NCBI GenBank assembly: GCA_020720765.1
Contig: DYOB01000005.1
Location: 1 to 61,235 of the forward strand
Length of the DNA: 61,235 nt
Direction: 5' to 3'
Origin: Borreliella garinii
Lineage (GTDB): Bacteria; Spirochaetota; Spirochaetia; JABEVK01
Shown here in pieces: positions 26,626-38,438 of this stretch; positions within the stretch are counted from its first letter, which is position 1, and each line of letters starts with the position of its first letter. Made by a program: the position numbers and the translations under genes. The notes under the pieces were generated by a model. It made no database searches. It saw only the letters and a program-made list of their open reading frames with translations, and had not been told where the DNA came from.

Positions 26626-27917
26626 AAGAACCTTCGCTGTGGTACCTGGTCTCAAAATTTTTTAATAATGTAATTAAGGGCAGGGAAGAGAGCAGGGCTC
26701 TAAGAGGGAGTATTTTGGGAATGGCTTTGGGTCTTGTTCCCCTATTGACTGTGATCGTTGTGGCTGACGGTATGATAGACGGGATAACGGCACGGTATAG
26801 AGAAACCCTCAGTTACCATTTACAAGCGCATCCCTTCGGTCTTTCAGCACCCGAGGATATCGGCCAAATCAAGGCCACCCTCGCCGGTATCGAGGGAATA
26901 TCAGGTTCTTTTGAGGAACGACAGGGTTTTGGACTCGCGTATGCAGGGTCGAAGAGAACCGGAGTGACACTGAGGGGTTTGGATGATGCACTGCTAAACG
27001 ACCCTGGTTGGAAATCTTATATTAATTTTTCGAGCGGCGGACCGAATTTCCATCATGACCGTGAAGTTCTACTCGGTGAGGAAGTTGCTAGAAAACTCGG
27101 TGTTAGCGTCGGAGATGATATCAAGATTCTCACCACGAGAAGGGCTGAAGGGAGAAGTTTTCTCCCTAAAATCACCACCCTTCAAGTTGGCGGAATTTTT
27201 TCCACCGGATACCAGGATCTCGATAGGCTTTGGGTGTTGATCCCCATCGAGGCTGCTAAAAGACTCTTACCCGAAGGTGATTATTTCAGCATCATTGGAA
27301 TAAAAATCGAAGACCTGACTCAGCTTACGGAAAAATCCTGGGAAATTCAGGAGAAAATACTGGTCGGTTGGAGGGTGAAAACATGGTTCGAGATCAATAG
27401 GAACCAGTACCAAAATTACCAGACAACGAGGGCGCTGCTGATGATCATCATGAGCATGATACTCCTCGTTTCCGCGGTCAGTATTTCCTCATCTTTACTG
27501 ATGACGTATTTAGAGAGGAGAAAGGAACTCGCCATTCTCAAAAGCCTGGGTTTCTCGCCCAGCTTTATTCACAGGTATTTTGCCCTCTTGGGTTTCTTTT
27601 CAGGTTTGATAGGAACGACTCTCGGTATTTTTCTCGGAACATTAACAGCGGTGAATATCAACGGTATCATCCGTGGGATAGAGTCCTTCCTTACCTGGGC
27701 GACATCTGCTATTGCTTTACTCACAGGTCAACCGGCCGACCCTAATTTTAAACTCTTGAGCGATGCCTATTACCTTGAAACTATTCCCATCAATCTAGAC
27801 CTTTCGACTATGTTTTTGGTTGCACTCTTAAGTCTTCTTTTTTCAGTCACAGCGTCTTGGATCCCTGCACTTCAGGCAAGTAAACTCAAGCCTTTAAGTA
27901 TCCTCAGAAAAATATGA
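26613..27917 (+). CDS. LolC/E-family ABC permease
   Basis: Four-TM MacB/FtsX architecture; ERRKELAILKSLG. Confidence 0.88.
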   Translation: MDPIKEPSLWYLVSKFFNNVIKGREESRALRGSILGMALGLVPLLTVIVVADGMIDGITARYRETLSYHLQAHPFGLSAPEDIGQIKATLAGIEGISGSFEERQGFGLAYAGSKRTGVTLRGLDDALLNDPGWKSYINFSSGGPNFHHDREVLLGEEVARKLGVSVGDDIKILTTRRAEGRSFLPKITTLQVGGIFSTGYQDLDRLWVLIPIEAAKRLLPEGDYFSIIGIKIEDLTQLTEKSWEIQEKILVGWRVKTWFEINRNQYQNYQTTRALLMIIMSMILLVSAVSISSSLLMTYLERRKELAILKSLGFSPSFIHRYFALLGFFSGLIGTTLGIFLGTLTAVNINGIIRGIESFLTWATSAIALLTGQPADPNFKLLSDAYYLETIPINLDLSTMFLVALLSLLFSVTASWIPALQASKLKPLSILRKI

Positions 27918-28807
27918 CACCAGATCAATTAAAGGAACTCCGACAAACCCGCGAAGAAAGAAGTTTATCAGCAGAAAAGGAAGGTGTTGAGGCTTTTAGG
28001 GTATGGGAATCTGAATCCCTGGGGTTAAGCCTGGATGTTTTCGGAGGAACCTACATCCTTTGGGTATCTAAAGAAGCGCCATCCGATAAAAACCTTATCG
28101 CCCAGGCTTTAAATATAGATGTTTCTAACTTGATCGTTAAAAAAAGGACCATTCAAACCCGGGATTTGAAATATCAAAAGATGGCTAAAAGCCCGTGCGG
28201 ATTTTGGATTCAGGAAAAGGGGTTGAAGTTCTGGGTCGATCCGTGTACTTACCACGATGTCGGTCTTTTTTTAGACCAAAGAATCTCTAGAAACCTCATT
28301 TCTTCTTGGTCCAAAGGGAAAAAGGTGCTAAACTTATTTTGTTATACAGGTTCCTTCTCAGTATACGCTGGGGCTGGTGGTGCTAGGGAGGTACACAGTC
28401 TTGACATGAATGAAAATTACCTTACTTGGGCAAAAAAAAATTGGGAAGCCAATTCTCTTGGTAAAACCCTCTCTCGCTGGTTATCCAGGGATGCCCTTGA
28501 GTATCTTCGGTCCCAGACACCCCAGAAGTACGATATGATAATCCTTGATCCTCCCACATTCTCTTCAGGGAAAAAAATGCGCGAAAGTTGGGATGTCCAA
28601 CGAGATCACGTTTGGGCCCTGAAAAAATGTTTTCAACTTCTCGAACCGGGCGGGATGGTGTATTTCTCGACGAACTTTAGCCACTTCAAACCCGATAAAT
28701 CCCTAGTTCTATCTGAAAATTTCAAGGAACTGACCAAGGAAACACGGACCTTTGATTTTCCAAAAGGCGGACACAGAGCATTTATTTTCAGGGACGTCAA
28801 ACAATGA
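27914..28807 (+). CDS. Class I SAM-dependent rRNA methyltransferase (RlmK/RlmI-like)
   Basis: DVGLFLDQR, VLNLFCYTGSFSV, DPPTFS and YFSTN. Confidence 0.88.
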   Translation: MTPDQLKELRQTREERSLSAEKEGVEAFRVWESESLGLSLDVFGGTYILWVSKEAPSDKNLIAQALNIDVSNLIVKKRTIQTRDLKYQKMAKSPCGFWIQEKGLKFWVDPCTYHDVGLFLDQRISRNLISSWSKGKKVLNLFCYTGSFSVYAGAGGAREVHSLDMNENYLTWAKKNWEANSLGKTLSRWLSRDALEYLRSQTPQKYDMIILDPPTFSSGKKMRESWDVQRDHVWALKKCFQLLEPGGMVYFSTNFSHFKPDKSLVLSENFKELTKETRTFDFPKGGHRAFIFRDVKQ

Positions 28808-29070
28808 AAAAAGAAACCTCCGGATTCTGCACCCATTGCGGTTTGACAAAAAAAGAATGGAATGAAACCCATTCACTGGGGTGTTCCCGATGTTATGTCA
28901 TATTTGCAGATGAGGTTGAGGCCTACCTAAAAAAAAGGAACTTCTCGACAAATTATACCGAAGGCCTGAATTCTACGCTCGAATGGTCCTTAAAACAGGC
29001 ATTAAAACGGGAAGATTATGAAGAAGCTGCGAGAATTAGGGATGTCCTTCAGCACTCGGAGGAAAAATGA
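28804..29070 (+). CDS. mcsA: Short McsA-like protein (CxxC...GCxxC plus UVR motif)
   Basis: CTHCG...LGCSRCY and ALKREDYEEAARIRD; upstream of mcsB-clpC. Confidence 0.8.
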   Translation: MKKETSGFCTHCGLTKKEWNETHSLGCSRCYVIFADEVEAYLKKRNFSTNYTEGLNSTLEWSLKQALKREDYEEAARIRDVLQHSEEK

Positions 29071-30128
29071 AGAGTTCATTATTTCAAGCCCTCCATCCAG
29101 ACTGGGTTTCAGAGGCGGGTAATTTCCAGGAAGTTATCATGAGCACGCGTTTGAGGCTTTCAAAAAATATCGTTGACTATCCATTCCCAAACCAGATGAA
29201 CATAAACCAAAAAGCTAAATTCTTGAATTCGGTAAAAGTTTATCTTGAAAAGTTTCAAAAAGACCATGTATGGAACGAGTTTGGAAACCTCAGTGCCCTT
29301 CAAAAAAAACTAACAACGGAAAGGCGATTGATCCACACAAGCCAAATTTTGGATTCATCCCAAATTATCTGCCTTGGAAACAAGGAAAACGAAGCTGTAA
29401 CGACATCGGGCGTAGACCATTTTCAGTTTATCGGGTTTAGCGGCGGATGGAATTGGTCGAAGGCTTATGAAAGGGTTTCTTCTCTTTGGGAAAAATGGTC
29501 AGAGTCATGGAATTGGGCTTACAAAGAAGGGCTTGGCTGGCTCTCCTGTGAACCTAAAAACTTGGGATCGGGTATAAAGATATCGGTAATAGCGCATTTA
29601 CCTGCTTTAGAGATGAGTGGAAAACTTATTGACGCCATGGAATTGGCGGAAGAGAACAGACTTATCTTTCGGGGATTCGCTGGCGGCGGGGATAAGAGCC
29701 GGGGGTGTATTTATCAGATATCAACCGGAGCCAGTACGGGAAAATCAGTCAACGATCTAGCCGAAGAGCTCCATGAATGGGTTTCAAAACTGAATGCGAT
29801 GGAAACACACGAAAGGGAGAATTTGAAGTCGAGGTCTTTTAACCATATTGAAGACCTGGTTTGCCGCGCTCTGGGAATGTTGATTCATGCCAGGATGATG
29901 TCGGAAGAAGAGGCACTCGAACATCTTTCCTATTTGCGATTTGGCGTCCTTGTGGGTATATTTAAAAATATAAGTATGGGAGAAATAAACCGATTATATT
30001 ATGGGATCCAGCGCGGCCATTTGATGTTTTGGGCGGAGGCGAGAAATCTGCAAACCACCGACTGGGATAGAATGAGGTCAACGTATTTAAGGGATTCCCT
30101 GAAGGATGGTACTTTTTATGATGTTTAA
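29067..30128 (+). CDS. mcsB: McsB-like ATP:guanido phosphotransferase, catalytically degenerate
   Basis: [29 protein letters not shown] and IYQIS match McsB; NEEDH and GEG motifs are altered. Confidence 0.85.
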   Translation: MKSSLFQALHPDWVSEAGNFQEVIMSTRLRLSKNIVDYPFPNQMNINQKAKFLNSVKVYLEKFQKDHVWNEFGNLSALQKKLTTERRLIHTSQILDSSQIICLGNKENEAVTTSGVDHFQFIGFSGGWNWSKAYERVSSLWEKWSESWNWAYKEGLGWLSCEPKNLGSGIKISVIAHLPALEMSGKLIDAMELAEENRLIFRGFAGGGDKSRGCIYQISTGASTGKSVNDLAEELHEWVSKLNAMETHERENLKSRSFNHIEDLVCRALGMLIHARMMSEEEALEHLSYLRFGVLVGIFKNISMGEINRLYYGIQRGHLMFWAEARNLQTTDWDRMRSTYLRDSLKDGTFYDV

Positions 30129-32616
30129 AGGGCTTACTCAAAGGGCTCAAAGAATTCTCACTGTTGTTGCTCAAGAAGAAGCAAAAAGGTTTCATTCCGA
30201 CCAGCTCCACCCCGAGCACGTCGTTTTAGCTTTACTGCGCGATGGTGAAGGGATAGGCTACAAGGCCCTCCGCTCAATGAATATCGACCCTATGCTGATG
30301 TTCAGGGAAATAGAATCCCTTATCCCTAAAAAGCAGGGGGGATTCATCCTTGGTGATGTCCCGCCGTCCCGAAGAGGGAAAAAAATCCTCGAGGACAGCG
30401 CCGTTGAAGCACATATACTTGGTCATGACTACATTGGTACAGAACACCTACTCCTCGCCGCAGTTGCCGAAGCCGGAAGTGCGGTACAGAATTATCTACT
30501 TTCAAAAAACGTCGGCATTGAAGCCTTGCGTGAACTCATCCACGAGTTTTCCGGCGGCGGTGGCAAGTTAAGGGAAGAACCCGCAGCGTCACAACCAAAA
30601 TGGAAAAAACCCCAAACAACTTTTGTTAAAAAACCCACACCCGTTCTGGATGAGTTTTCACGGGATCTGACGCTTCTCGCCGCCAAACATTCCCTAGATC
30701 CTGTTGTCGGTAGAGAAAAAGAGATCAATAGGGTTATTCAGATTCTGGCAAGAAGGACAAAAAATAACCCGGTCCTTATCGGTGAACCAGGGGTAGGCAA
30801 GACGGCCATCGTGGAAGGTTTGGCCCAAAAAATTAATGACGGGGAAGCACCCGAACTCCTCCTTAATAAGAGAGTTGTATCCCTCGACCTTGCCGCTCTC
30901 GTTGCCGGAACAAGGTATAGGGGAGAATTCGAGGAAAGACTGAAAAAACTTCTTAAGGAACTGACTTCAACGGGGAATGTTATCCTTTTTATCGACGAGC
31001 TTCATACGCTTATCGGAGCCGGTGCTGCCGAAGGTGCAATAGATGCTTCCAATATCCTCAAACCTTCCCTGAGCCGTGGCGAGATTCAGTGCGTTGGTGC
31101 AACCACTATGAATGAGTATAAAAAATACATTGAGAAAGACGCTGCCCTCGAAAGACGGTTTCAGAGCGTCCTGGTGAAGGAACCCAGTGTTGAAGAGTCC
31201 GTAGAAATTCTAAAAGGGCTGGCTTCACGTTATGCCCAGTTTCACCATGTCAGGTATACCCAGGGTTCCCTGGAAGCTTCAGCCCACCTTTCACACAGGT
31301 ATATTTCCGAGCGTTTTCTCCCGGATAAAGCTATAGACCTTATGGATGAGGCCGGCTCGAAAAAAAAGATCAGCCAGGCAGGGGTGCCACCCGAAGTTGT
31401 CGAATTTGAATCACAGGTCGAGGCCCTTCTCAGAGAGAAATCCGAACTCGTCAACGGACAGAATTACGAGAGAGCCGCCGAGATCAGAGATGAGATCCGA
31501 TTGCTCCGTGAAAAAATAGAAGAATTGAGGTTATCTTGGCAGACCAGGTCGCTCGAAACCGCCCCAGAAGTCACGGAGGAGGATATTCAGTCCGTGATCA
31601 GCGAAATCACAGGAATACCCCTGGATAATATTGCAGCAGGGGAAGCAGAGAAACTCCTAAAGATGGAATCCGTTCTCCAAGGAAATGTTATCGGTCAAAT
31701 CGAAGCCGTTCAAGCTGTTTCGTCTGCCATACGTAGGTCACGCACTGGGATGAATTCCCCGAAACGCCCTTTAGGTTCTTTTATTTTCTTAGGACCTACG
31801 GGTGTGGGTAAAACCCTCCTAGCTAAGACACTTGCTCAGTTTCTCTTCGGAAATCAGGAATCCCTTGTGCGCATCGATATGAGCGATTATATGGAGAAGC
31901 ACAATGTCTCAAGGCTCGTTGGTGCTCCTCCGGGGTATATTGGATACGACGAGGGCGGGGTTCTCACAGAAAAGATCAGAAAGAAACCCTATTGCGTTGT
32001 TCTTCTCGACGAGATTGAAAAAGCACACCCCGATGTTTTTAATCTACTTTTACAGATACTGGAAGAAGGTGAACTTCAGGATAATCTAGGCCACACGGTG
32101 AACTTTAGGAATACCATTTTCATCATGACAAGCAACGCCGGTGCCCGTCAGATTACTAAAACGGGTTCGCTTGGGTTCCAAACCGGCACTCAGGAATTGA
32201 GCCATAACGAAATCAGGTCGAGCGCCATGGGTGAATTAAAACGGCTGTTCCGGCCGGAGTTTCTCAATAGGGTCGACGAAATCGTTGTTTTCAGGGCTCT
32301 CACCACCCAAGATGTGGAAAAGATTTTTGACTTGCTTTTCGCTGAAATCCAGGACCGCCTACTTGAACGCAATATGAGGCTCGAACTTTCTCCTAAAGGC
32401 CGTCAATACTTTGTTGAACAAGGTTACGATCCGACTTTCGGAGCCAGGCCTTTAAGAAGACTGATCCAGAAAGAACTCGAAGATCCTTTAGCCACTGAAA
32501 TTTTAAAAGGAACCTTTAAAGCGGGGGACTTGATACTGGCGGAGTTTAAAAAGGATAACCTCACCTTCCGTTTAAAGGACCGCACGGTGTACGAAGTGAA
32601 TGTTAGCCAAGGCTAG
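30121..32616 (+). CDS. clpC: ATP-dependent Clp protease ATPase ClpC
   Basis: Clp-N repeats, [11 protein letters not shown] middle domain, GPTGVGKT and LGF loop. Confidence 0.95.
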   Translation: MFKGLTQRAQRILTVVAQEEAKRFHSDQLHPEHVVLALLRDGEGIGYKALRSMNIDPMLMFREIESLIPKKQGGFILGDVPPSRRGKKILEDSAVEAHILGHDYIGTEHLLLAAVAEAGSAVQNYLLSKNVGIEALRELIHEFSGGGGKLREEPAASQPKWKKPQTTFVKKPTPVLDEFSRDLTLLAAKHSLDPVVGREKEINRVIQILARRTKNNPVLIGEPGVGKTAIVEGLAQKINDGEAPELLLNKRVVSLDLAALVAGTRYRGEFEERLKKLLKELTSTGNVILFIDELHTLIGAGAAEGAIDASNILKPSLSRGEIQCVGATTMNEYKKYIEKDAALERRFQSVLVKEPSVEESVEILKGLASRYAQFHHVRYTQGSLEASAHLSHRYISERFLPDKAIDLMDEAGSKKKISQAGVPPEVVEFESQVEALLREKSELVNGQNYERAAEIRDEIRLLREKIEELRLSWQTRSLETAPEVTEEDIQSVISEITGIPLDNIAAGEAEKLLKMESVLQGNVIGQIEAVQAVSSAIRRSRTGMNSPKRPLGSFIFLGPTGVGKTLLAKTLAQFLFGNQESLVRIDMSDYMEKHNVSRLVGAPPGYIGYDEGGVLTEKIRKKPYCVVLLDEIEKAHPDVFNLLLQILEEGELQDNLGHTVNFRNTIFIMTSNAGARQITKTGSLGFQTGTQELSHNEIRSSAMGELKRLFRPEFLNRVDEIVVFRALTTQDVEKIFDLLFAEIQDRLLERNMRLELSPKGRQYFVEQGYDPTFGARPLRRLIQKELEDPLATEILKGTFKAGDLILAEFKKDNLTFRLKDRTVYEVNVSQG

Positions 32617-35383
32617 TATACTCTTTCTTCTCTTAGTAAATATTTACCTAACAGCCCAGACTCCGGAGGAGGATTTTGCCCGCATCCGTGGTCTGTATTC
32701 AACACAACAGTACAGACTTGCTGTAAGGGACCTGACGAGGTTTTTGGAAAGATACCCTACTTCCCAAGATAAAGACGACGCAGAATACCTTCTTGGTGTG
32801 TGCCGTTTTGAAATACAGGATTATTCAGGGGCCTTGAGCGTTCTGCGCCGCTTTGAGAGGTCTTACCCCGACTCCCCCTACCTGAAAAGGATTTATTTTT
32901 GGAGAGGGCAAGCCTTAAAGGCAACGGGGCAAAATTCAGAAGCCCAAAGGGAATTTGAAAATCAAATCCAGATGGAACCCCAAGGTCCTTTTTTCGGACC
33001 GTCTCTTTTCTTTTTGGGCCAGGTTCTTGAATCGCAGGAAAAATTATCGGAAGCGGAACAGACCTACGCCCGAGCCGCACGTGCACTCAGCCTCAGACCA
33101 CACGGCGCAGCAAGTATTCTCAACAGAGCCAGGCTACTCCGGCGTCTAGGGAGAAACCCTGAGGCCAGGGATGTTCTCAACCAGGTTTTAAACCAAGGTG
33201 ATTTGCCCAATTCCAGAGAGTTGATTCTTGAGTACTCCAGAGTCCTGGTCTCCCTCGACGATTCTGAAGGTTCGAAACGTCAACTTGAACGTCTTTTAAC
33301 TGGATCTCTCAGGGATGAAATTTATTACAACGCTGTGAGAGAATACTTTGCACTCTGTGTAAAGCTGGGTGAGAAAGAAAAGGCACTCGAACTTTATGCT
33401 CGGGCTGAACCCTTGTGGCAAACCCGTGAAGACATTCTTTCCCTTCGTGCAGACCTTTTACGGGAAACAGGAGACATAAAAACAGCCCGGGATATTTGGA
33501 GAACCTTGGTCCAGAAAACGGGCACCCCTGTCGCTCAAGCAGCAGCTTGGAACCTAGCTGTCTCTTTAAAAAGCGAGAACCCGCAGGAGTCGGGTGTTTT
33601 TTTTCTTATCTGTGAAAACGGTCCCGACGAGGTGGTTTCCCGCAATGCAAGATGGGCGCGGAGTTATTCTTTAGAGGGTGAAGAACTTTTCAACTTGCTG
33701 GATCAAGTGGTTTCGGACGAAAAAGATAAGAACCGTCATTATTCCGCCTTACTCCGGCTTCTTGAATGGGGACAAAAGAAAGGAGACGCGGTGGTTCTAA
33801 TTAGAGTCTTGGATATGCTGCTCAAGGATTATGCTGAATCGCCCGCTTATGATACTTTTTTATACACTCGCGCCCGTTTGAGAGGGGCTGAAGAATCCGA
33901 TCTCGCCCTTGCTGAATTGCAGACTTTATTAAAAGATTTTCCGGGTTCCATCCACCGTGCAGAGGTTTTGTATTTTATCGGAAATATTTATGCCCGGAAT
34001 GCTGAGTTTTTAAGAGCTGAAGGATTCTTTCATAATGCTTCCCAGGTGGCTCAAGGCGAACTCAAAGAACGGTCCCTTCTTTCACGTGGTATTTCTCTTA
34101 TCAACGGGGATAGGCGAGAATTAGGGATAACAGTATTTCAGCGGCTGCTTTCCGAGTATCCAGAAACAACCCATAGGGTTCAAGCATCCCTGACGCTGGC
34201 ACAATCTTTAACCCAAACCAAAAGGTACTCTGAAGCAGAAACGCTCCTTCTTGAAACCGCCTCCAGGGTTCCAATCATGGAGGCGGAAGTATGGACTGAA
34301 ATGGGCTTTGTAAAAATAAAACAGGGCGACTTTTCATCGGCATCATCCTGGTTTCAACGAACGCTTGGAAAACAGGGTTCAGATTCAAGGTTAATTGTAA
34401 GGGCTCTGGAAGGTTTAGCAACCTCCCAAATCGCTTCTTCCCAGTGGCGTGAGGCAGAAACCACCTTAAATCACCCAGCCTGGTCTTCAACGCAGAAAGA
34501 GCCGGTAAGACTTGCCTTTCTCGCCTTGGTCTACGCTGAGACTTCAAGGTACAACCAGGCCTTTTCAGTGACAGACACCCTTTATCAAAATTACCGAACC
34601 AGCTTATCCGCTAGGTCGGTCCTCCTCGATCTGGCTACCCGCGAAAGCATCCCTCCGGCTCAAGGTCTCAGGGCCCTCAACCTCCTCAAGCAACGTTTTC
34701 CTGAGTCTGAAGAAAATTATCAGGGAATGTTAAGGATTGCTGTCATCTATTTGCAACTTAAACAATCCTCTTTACTGGAACAGTCTATTCAGGAATGGCT
34801 GGAAAAGTTTGGGAAGGATTCCTTGCGTTTTTCGGGTGCAAGAGTCCTTGCAAAATTGTTCAATGAAATATCAGATAGGGAAATACTCGAAAGAATTGTT
34901 AATAGCGGTTCGAATCTTTCAGCCTCGATTTCCGCCGAATTCTACCTCATAAGAGCAAGACAGCTGATGGAGGCTGACGAAGACCGGGCTAAAACTTTGC
35001 TTCAGAGAATCATGCAAAATCTAACCACCGCCTCCCAAAAAGAAGAAGCAAACGAAATCCTAGCCGGAGCCTCGCTGAGAAAACGGGAATACGAGGAAGC
35101 CGATACGATTTACCGCCGACTTACTCTCAGCCAGGATTCTGAAATGAGGTCTTCGGGTTTCCTGGGCTTGGGTTTGGTTTTAAAGGCACGCGGGATTTCT
35201 TTGGAAGCTGCACAAAATTTCCTTCTTTCCGGAAAACAGGGCCCGTGGGAAAATAGCGCGAGGGGACTATGGGAAGCGGTTCAAATGTATAAGGGTTTGG
35301 GAAACAGTGTAGAAGTAGCGAGGATTTCAGCACAACTCAGGACCGATTTCCCTGACAGCCCCTGGACCCGACGGCTCGAGTAA
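32600..35383 (+). CDS. Large exported TPR-repeat protein (CpoB/BamD-like repeats)
   Basis: Signal peptide; repeated 'F..FL..YP.S....A.Y.LG' units. Confidence 0.85.
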   Translation: MLAKASILFLLLVNIYLTAQTPEEDFARIRGLYSTQQYRLAVRDLTRFLERYPTSQDKDDAEYLLGVCRFEIQDYSGALSVLRRFERSYPDSPYLKRIYFWRGQALKATGQNSEAQREFENQIQMEPQGPFFGPSLFFLGQVLESQEKLSEAEQTYARAARALSLRPHGAASILNRARLLRRLGRNPEARDVLNQVLNQGDLPNSRELILEYSRVLVSLDDSEGSKRQLERLLTGSLRDEIYYNAVREYFALCVKLGEKEKALELYARAEPLWQTREDILSLRADLLRETGDIKTARDIWRTLVQKTGTPVAQAAAWNLAVSLKSENPQESGVFFLICENGPDEVVSRNARWARSYSLEGEELFNLLDQVVSDEKDKNRHYSALLRLLEWGQKKGDAVVLIRVLDMLLKDYAESPAYDTFLYTRARLRGAEESDLALAELQTLLKDFPGSIHRAEVLYFIGNIYARNAEFLRAEGFFHNASQVAQGELKERSLLSRGISLINGDRRELGITVFQRLLSEYPETTHRVQASLTLAQSLTQTKRYSEAETLLLETASRVPIMEAEVWTEMGFVKIKQGDFSSASSWFQRTLGKQGSDSRLIVRALEGLATSQIASSQWREAETTLNHPAWSSTQKEPVRLAFLALVYAETSRYNQAFSVTDTLYQNYRTSLSARSVLLDLATRESIPPAQGLRALNLLKQRFPESEENYQGMLRIAVIYLQLKQSSLLEQSIQEWLEKFGKDSLRFSGARVLAKLFNEISDREILERIVNSGSNLSASISAEFYLIRARQLMEADEDRAKTLLQRIMQNLTTASQKEEANEILAGASLRKREYEEADTIYRRLTLSQDSEMRSSGFLGLGLVLKARGISLEAAQNFLLSGKQGPWENSARGLWEAVQMYKGLGNSVEVARISAQLRTDFPDSPWTRRLE

Positions 35384-35391
35384 TTTACAAT
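35363..35391 (+). promoter_or_regulatory. Internal promoter giving a probably leaderless murC transcript
   Basis: TGGACC-17-TACAAT, then 6 nt, then ATG; no SD. Confidence 0.55.
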
Positions 35392-35397
35392 CACACT

Positions 35398-36834
35398 ATG
35401 TTGGTTGAAAAAATTGAACAGTTAGCCGGCTTGCAGGTTTATATGGTGGGTATTAAGGGAACGGGAATGGCCGCCCTTGCAGAACTTATCCACGCGGATG
35501 GAGCTATCATCAGCGGTTCGGATGTTCCTGATCATTTTTTTACAGAAGAACTTTTAAACTCGCTGAATATCCCCTATTTCGCAGGGTTCAAAGCCCTCAA
35601 TGTTCCAAAAGACTGTGATATCGTTATCCATTCGGCCGCCTACGATTCCAGAACGCATATCGAACTTCTGCGGGCAGAAGAGCTGGGTATTCCCGTCATC
35701 AATTATTCCCGCGCTTTGGGTCTATATTCGCGTCTGTTTACCAGCGCGGGAATAGCAGGTGTCCACGGCAAAACCACCACCACAGCCATGACTGGCCTCG
35801 TATTAAGAGGGCTGAAATTTCCTTTCCGGCTTCTTACGGGTTCCGTTGTTCCCGATTTTGGCAATTCCGCCACTCTTAAACTCGGCGGCCAGGATTTTAT
35901 CGCTGAAACCTGTGAATACCGGCGGCATTTCCTCGAGTTTCAACCCAGCACGATTCTTTTAACCTCGGTAGAAGAGGACCACCAGGACTATTATCCTGAC
36001 CTCAAGTCCATAACAATGGCGTTCTCCGAGTACATACACAGCCTGCCTCCGAATGGCGCCCTGGTTTACTGCAACGATAATACGAACGCCCGCAAACTTT
36101 GCGAGGCCTTCAAACTCGAAAGGCCCGATATTCAACTTTTACCGTATGGGTTCAGCGCCGAGGGTGCATATCAGATTATCAATTACCAGAGCTTGGAAGG
36201 TGAGACGCGTTTTCAATTGTCCGGTTTCTCTTTAGAATTTAAAATGCACATCCCTGGAAGCCATAATGTCTTAAACGCCGCCGGTGCCTGGGCGCTGGGT
36301 TTATGCGTTTACCGCAATAGGTTGAAGAGAAATCCAACTCTAATTGAAATGGAAGACGCTCTTGATGCCCTTTCCCGGTACAAATCCTGCAAAAGAAGGT
36401 CGGAAATCGTGGGCGAGAAAGACGGAATCCTCGTGCTCGATGACTACGCACACCATCCTACCGCCATCCGGTTAACACTCAGGGGGATGAAAGAGTTTTA
36501 TAAAAACCGAAGACTCGTCGTGAGTTTTATGAGCCATACGTATTCCCGTACCCAGGCCTTATGGGAGGAATTCTCGAAGGCCTTTGAGGATGCCGATCTC
36601 CTTATCCTCCATAAAATCTATGCTTCTGCGAGGGAACAGGCCCATACAGGCGTCAGCGGTGAGGAACTTTTCAAAGAGACTAAAAAATTCCATAGCAACG
36701 TGCTATACTTTAAAGAACCTGAAGAATCTCTTAAATATTTGACTGCTCACCTTACAAAAGGCGATATATTTCTTACTATGGGTGCAGGGGATAATTGGAA
36801 AATTGGAAAAATGTTTTTGGAGGCACGTGAATGA
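35398..36834 (+). CDS. murC: UDP-N-acetylmuramate--L-alanine ligase
   Basis: VGIKGTGMAALA, AGVHGKTTTT, DDYAHHPT and TMGAGD. Confidence 0.95.
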   Translation: MLVEKIEQLAGLQVYMVGIKGTGMAALAELIHADGAIISGSDVPDHFFTEELLNSLNIPYFAGFKALNVPKDCDIVIHSAAYDSRTHIELLRAEELGIPVINYSRALGLYSRLFTSAGIAGVHGKTTTTAMTGLVLRGLKFPFRLLTGSVVPDFGNSATLKLGGQDFIAETCEYRRHFLEFQPSTILLTSVEEDHQDYYPDLKSITMAFSEYIHSLPPNGALVYCNDNTNARKLCEAFKLERPDIQLLPYGFSAEGAYQIINYQSLEGETRFQLSGFSLEFKMHIPGSHNVLNAAGAWALGLCVYRNRLKRNPTLIEMEDALDALSRYKSCKRRSEIVGEKDGILVLDDYAHHPTAIRLTLRGMKEFYKNRRLVVSFMSHTYSRTQALWEEFSKAFEDADLLILHKIYASAREQAHTGVSGEELFKETKKFHSNVLYFKEPEESLKYLTAHLTKGDIFLTMGAGDNWKIGKMFLEARE

Positions 36835-37694
36835 TCAGCATGACCGGATTCGGATTTACTGAAGGCGAGTCCGACGGTTGGTCGTATACCATCGACTTAA
36901 AAAGTTACAACAATAGGTATTTAGATATGATGGTCAACCTACCGCCCATACTCCAGCCCAAAGAATCCCTAATCAGGGATTTTTTTCAAGGAAGAATATC
37001 TCGGGGCAGGGTTGAATTTACAATTAGGATGAAAGAAAGCCAAGGATCCTTTCACCTTGAGGTGAACCCTCTAGCAGTAAAAAACCTTGTTCAGGTCCTG
37101 GTTCAAGTCCGGGATACGGCCGAGATCGGCGGACCTATCCAACTTTCCCATATTCTTTCCTTTCCGGAAATCTTTAAAGAAAAAAATACCAGCGATATTG
37201 AAAGGCTTTGGAGTATCGTTAAAGGACCCTTTGAAAATACCTTCGAAGACTTTCACAAATCCCGTCAGAAGGAAGGCCACAGAACCAAGGTGGATATCCT
37301 CAACCACCTACAGCTTATAGAAGAAGGAAGACAGAGAATTGCCCAACGCGCCTCGGAGCTGGAAGATATCCTTAAAAGCAACCTTAAAAAAAGATTTCTG
37401 GAACTGCTGGACGAAGTCGATGAGAACCGGATTCATACAGAAACCGCCGTTCTCCTTATGCGTTACGGGATCAATGAAGAACTTTCAAGACTCGACAGCC
37501 ATCTTATAAGTTTTAGAGACTACTCGGAGGCGGAAATACCGATCGGGAAAAAACTTGATTTCCTCTGCCAGGAGATCAGCAGAGAGATCAATACCATCGG
37601 TTCAAAGACAATGCTTGCTGAAGTTCAGAATATAGTCGTAGAAATGAAAGATGCCGTGGAAAATATCAGGGAGCAGCTCCGAAATGTGGAATGA
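36831..37694 (+). CDS. yicC: YicC/YloC family endoribonuclease
   Basis: MISMTGFG, KSYNNRYLD, GKKLDFLCQEISREINTIGSK and REQLRNVE. Confidence 0.95.
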   Translation: MISMTGFGFTEGESDGWSYTIDLKSYNNRYLDMMVNLPPILQPKESLIRDFFQGRISRGRVEFTIRMKESQGSFHLEVNPLAVKNLVQVLVQVRDTAEIGGPIQLSHILSFPEIFKEKNTSDIERLWSIVKGPFENTFEDFHKSRQKEGHRTKVDILNHLQLIEEGRQRIAQRASELEDILKSNLKKRFLELLDEVDENRIHTETAVLLMRYGINEELSRLDSHLISFRDYSEAEIPIGKKLDFLCQEISREINTIGSKTMLAEVQNIVVEMKDAVENIREQLRNVE

Positions 37695-38232
37695 CGTGAA
37701 GATAGCAGTTTCGGGTAAGAGCGGCTGCGGAAATTCCACACTCTCACGCTTGTTGTCTGAAATCATGGGTGTCAGGCTTATCAACTTTACCTTTCACACC
37801 CTGGCGGAAGAGATGAATATGGACTTCGAGGCTTTTTGCCAGATGGCCGAATTGGATTCCCAATGGGATAAGTTCGTCGACCAGCGACAGGTAGAATTAG
37901 CAAATTCGGGGCCATGTGTTCTCGGATCAAGACTCGCTATCTGGATTTGGAAAGAAGCTGAATTCCGTGTCTATTTGGATGCCACCCCGGAAGTCCGTGC
38001 TTCAAGGATCCAAAAAAGGGAAGGGGGGGATTTCACCTCTGTCCTGGAAAGGACCGTTCAACGTGACAAGCGGGACCATGAACGCTACCTACGGCTCTAT
38101 AATATCGACAATAATAACTTTGAGCCGGCGGACTTGATTATCGACGTAACTTTTCTAAGTCCGGATCAAGTTGCTTCAAAAATCTTGGAGGAGTATTCCC
38201 GGCTGAGGGGCTTGAAGAATCCCAGGGTGTAG
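37684..38232 (+). CDS. Cytidylate kinase-like protein (short archaeal-type CMK); start ATG 37684 or GTG 37696
   Basis: IAVSGKSGCGNST, VLGSRLA, RASRIQKREG and YLRLYNID. Confidence 0.8.
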   Translation: MWNDVKIAVSGKSGCGNSTLSRLLSEIMGVRLINFTFHTLAEEMNMDFEAFCQMAELDSQWDKFVDQRQVELANSGPCVLGSRLAIWIWKEAEFRVYLDATPEVRASRIQKREGGDFTSVLERTVQRDKRDHERYLRLYNIDNNNFEPADLIIDVTFLSPDQVASKILEEYSRLRGLKNPRV

Positions 38233-38240
38233 GGTATTGT
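38212..38240 (+). promoter_or_regulatory. Promoter for a probably leaderless rpoZ transcript
   Basis: TTGAAG-17-TATTGT, then 6 nt, then ATG. Confidence 0.55.
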
Positions 38241-38246
38241 TGGGCT

Positions 38247-38438
38247 ATGGCAGTACCCTTAGATCAAATCATTAATTTCAACGGAAATAAATACGAGATG
38301 TCGAACGCTGTGATTAAGCGCGCGCGACAAATTACCGAGATTGGCGACGAGGACCTTTTGGTCCATGGTTACAAGGTAGTAAGCACGGCCCTGGATCACG
38401 TTCTGAACCATAAAATTTATTATCAGCTCCAAGACTAA
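38247..38438 (+). CDS. rpoZ: RNA polymerase omega subunit-like
   Basis: 63 aa; GNKYEMSNAVIKRARQI and KVVSTAL match the omega pattern; yicC-kinase-rpoZ context. Confidence 0.75.
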   Translation: MAVPLDQIINFNGNKYEMSNAVIKRARQITEIGDEDLLVHGYKVVSTALDHVLNHKIYYQLQD

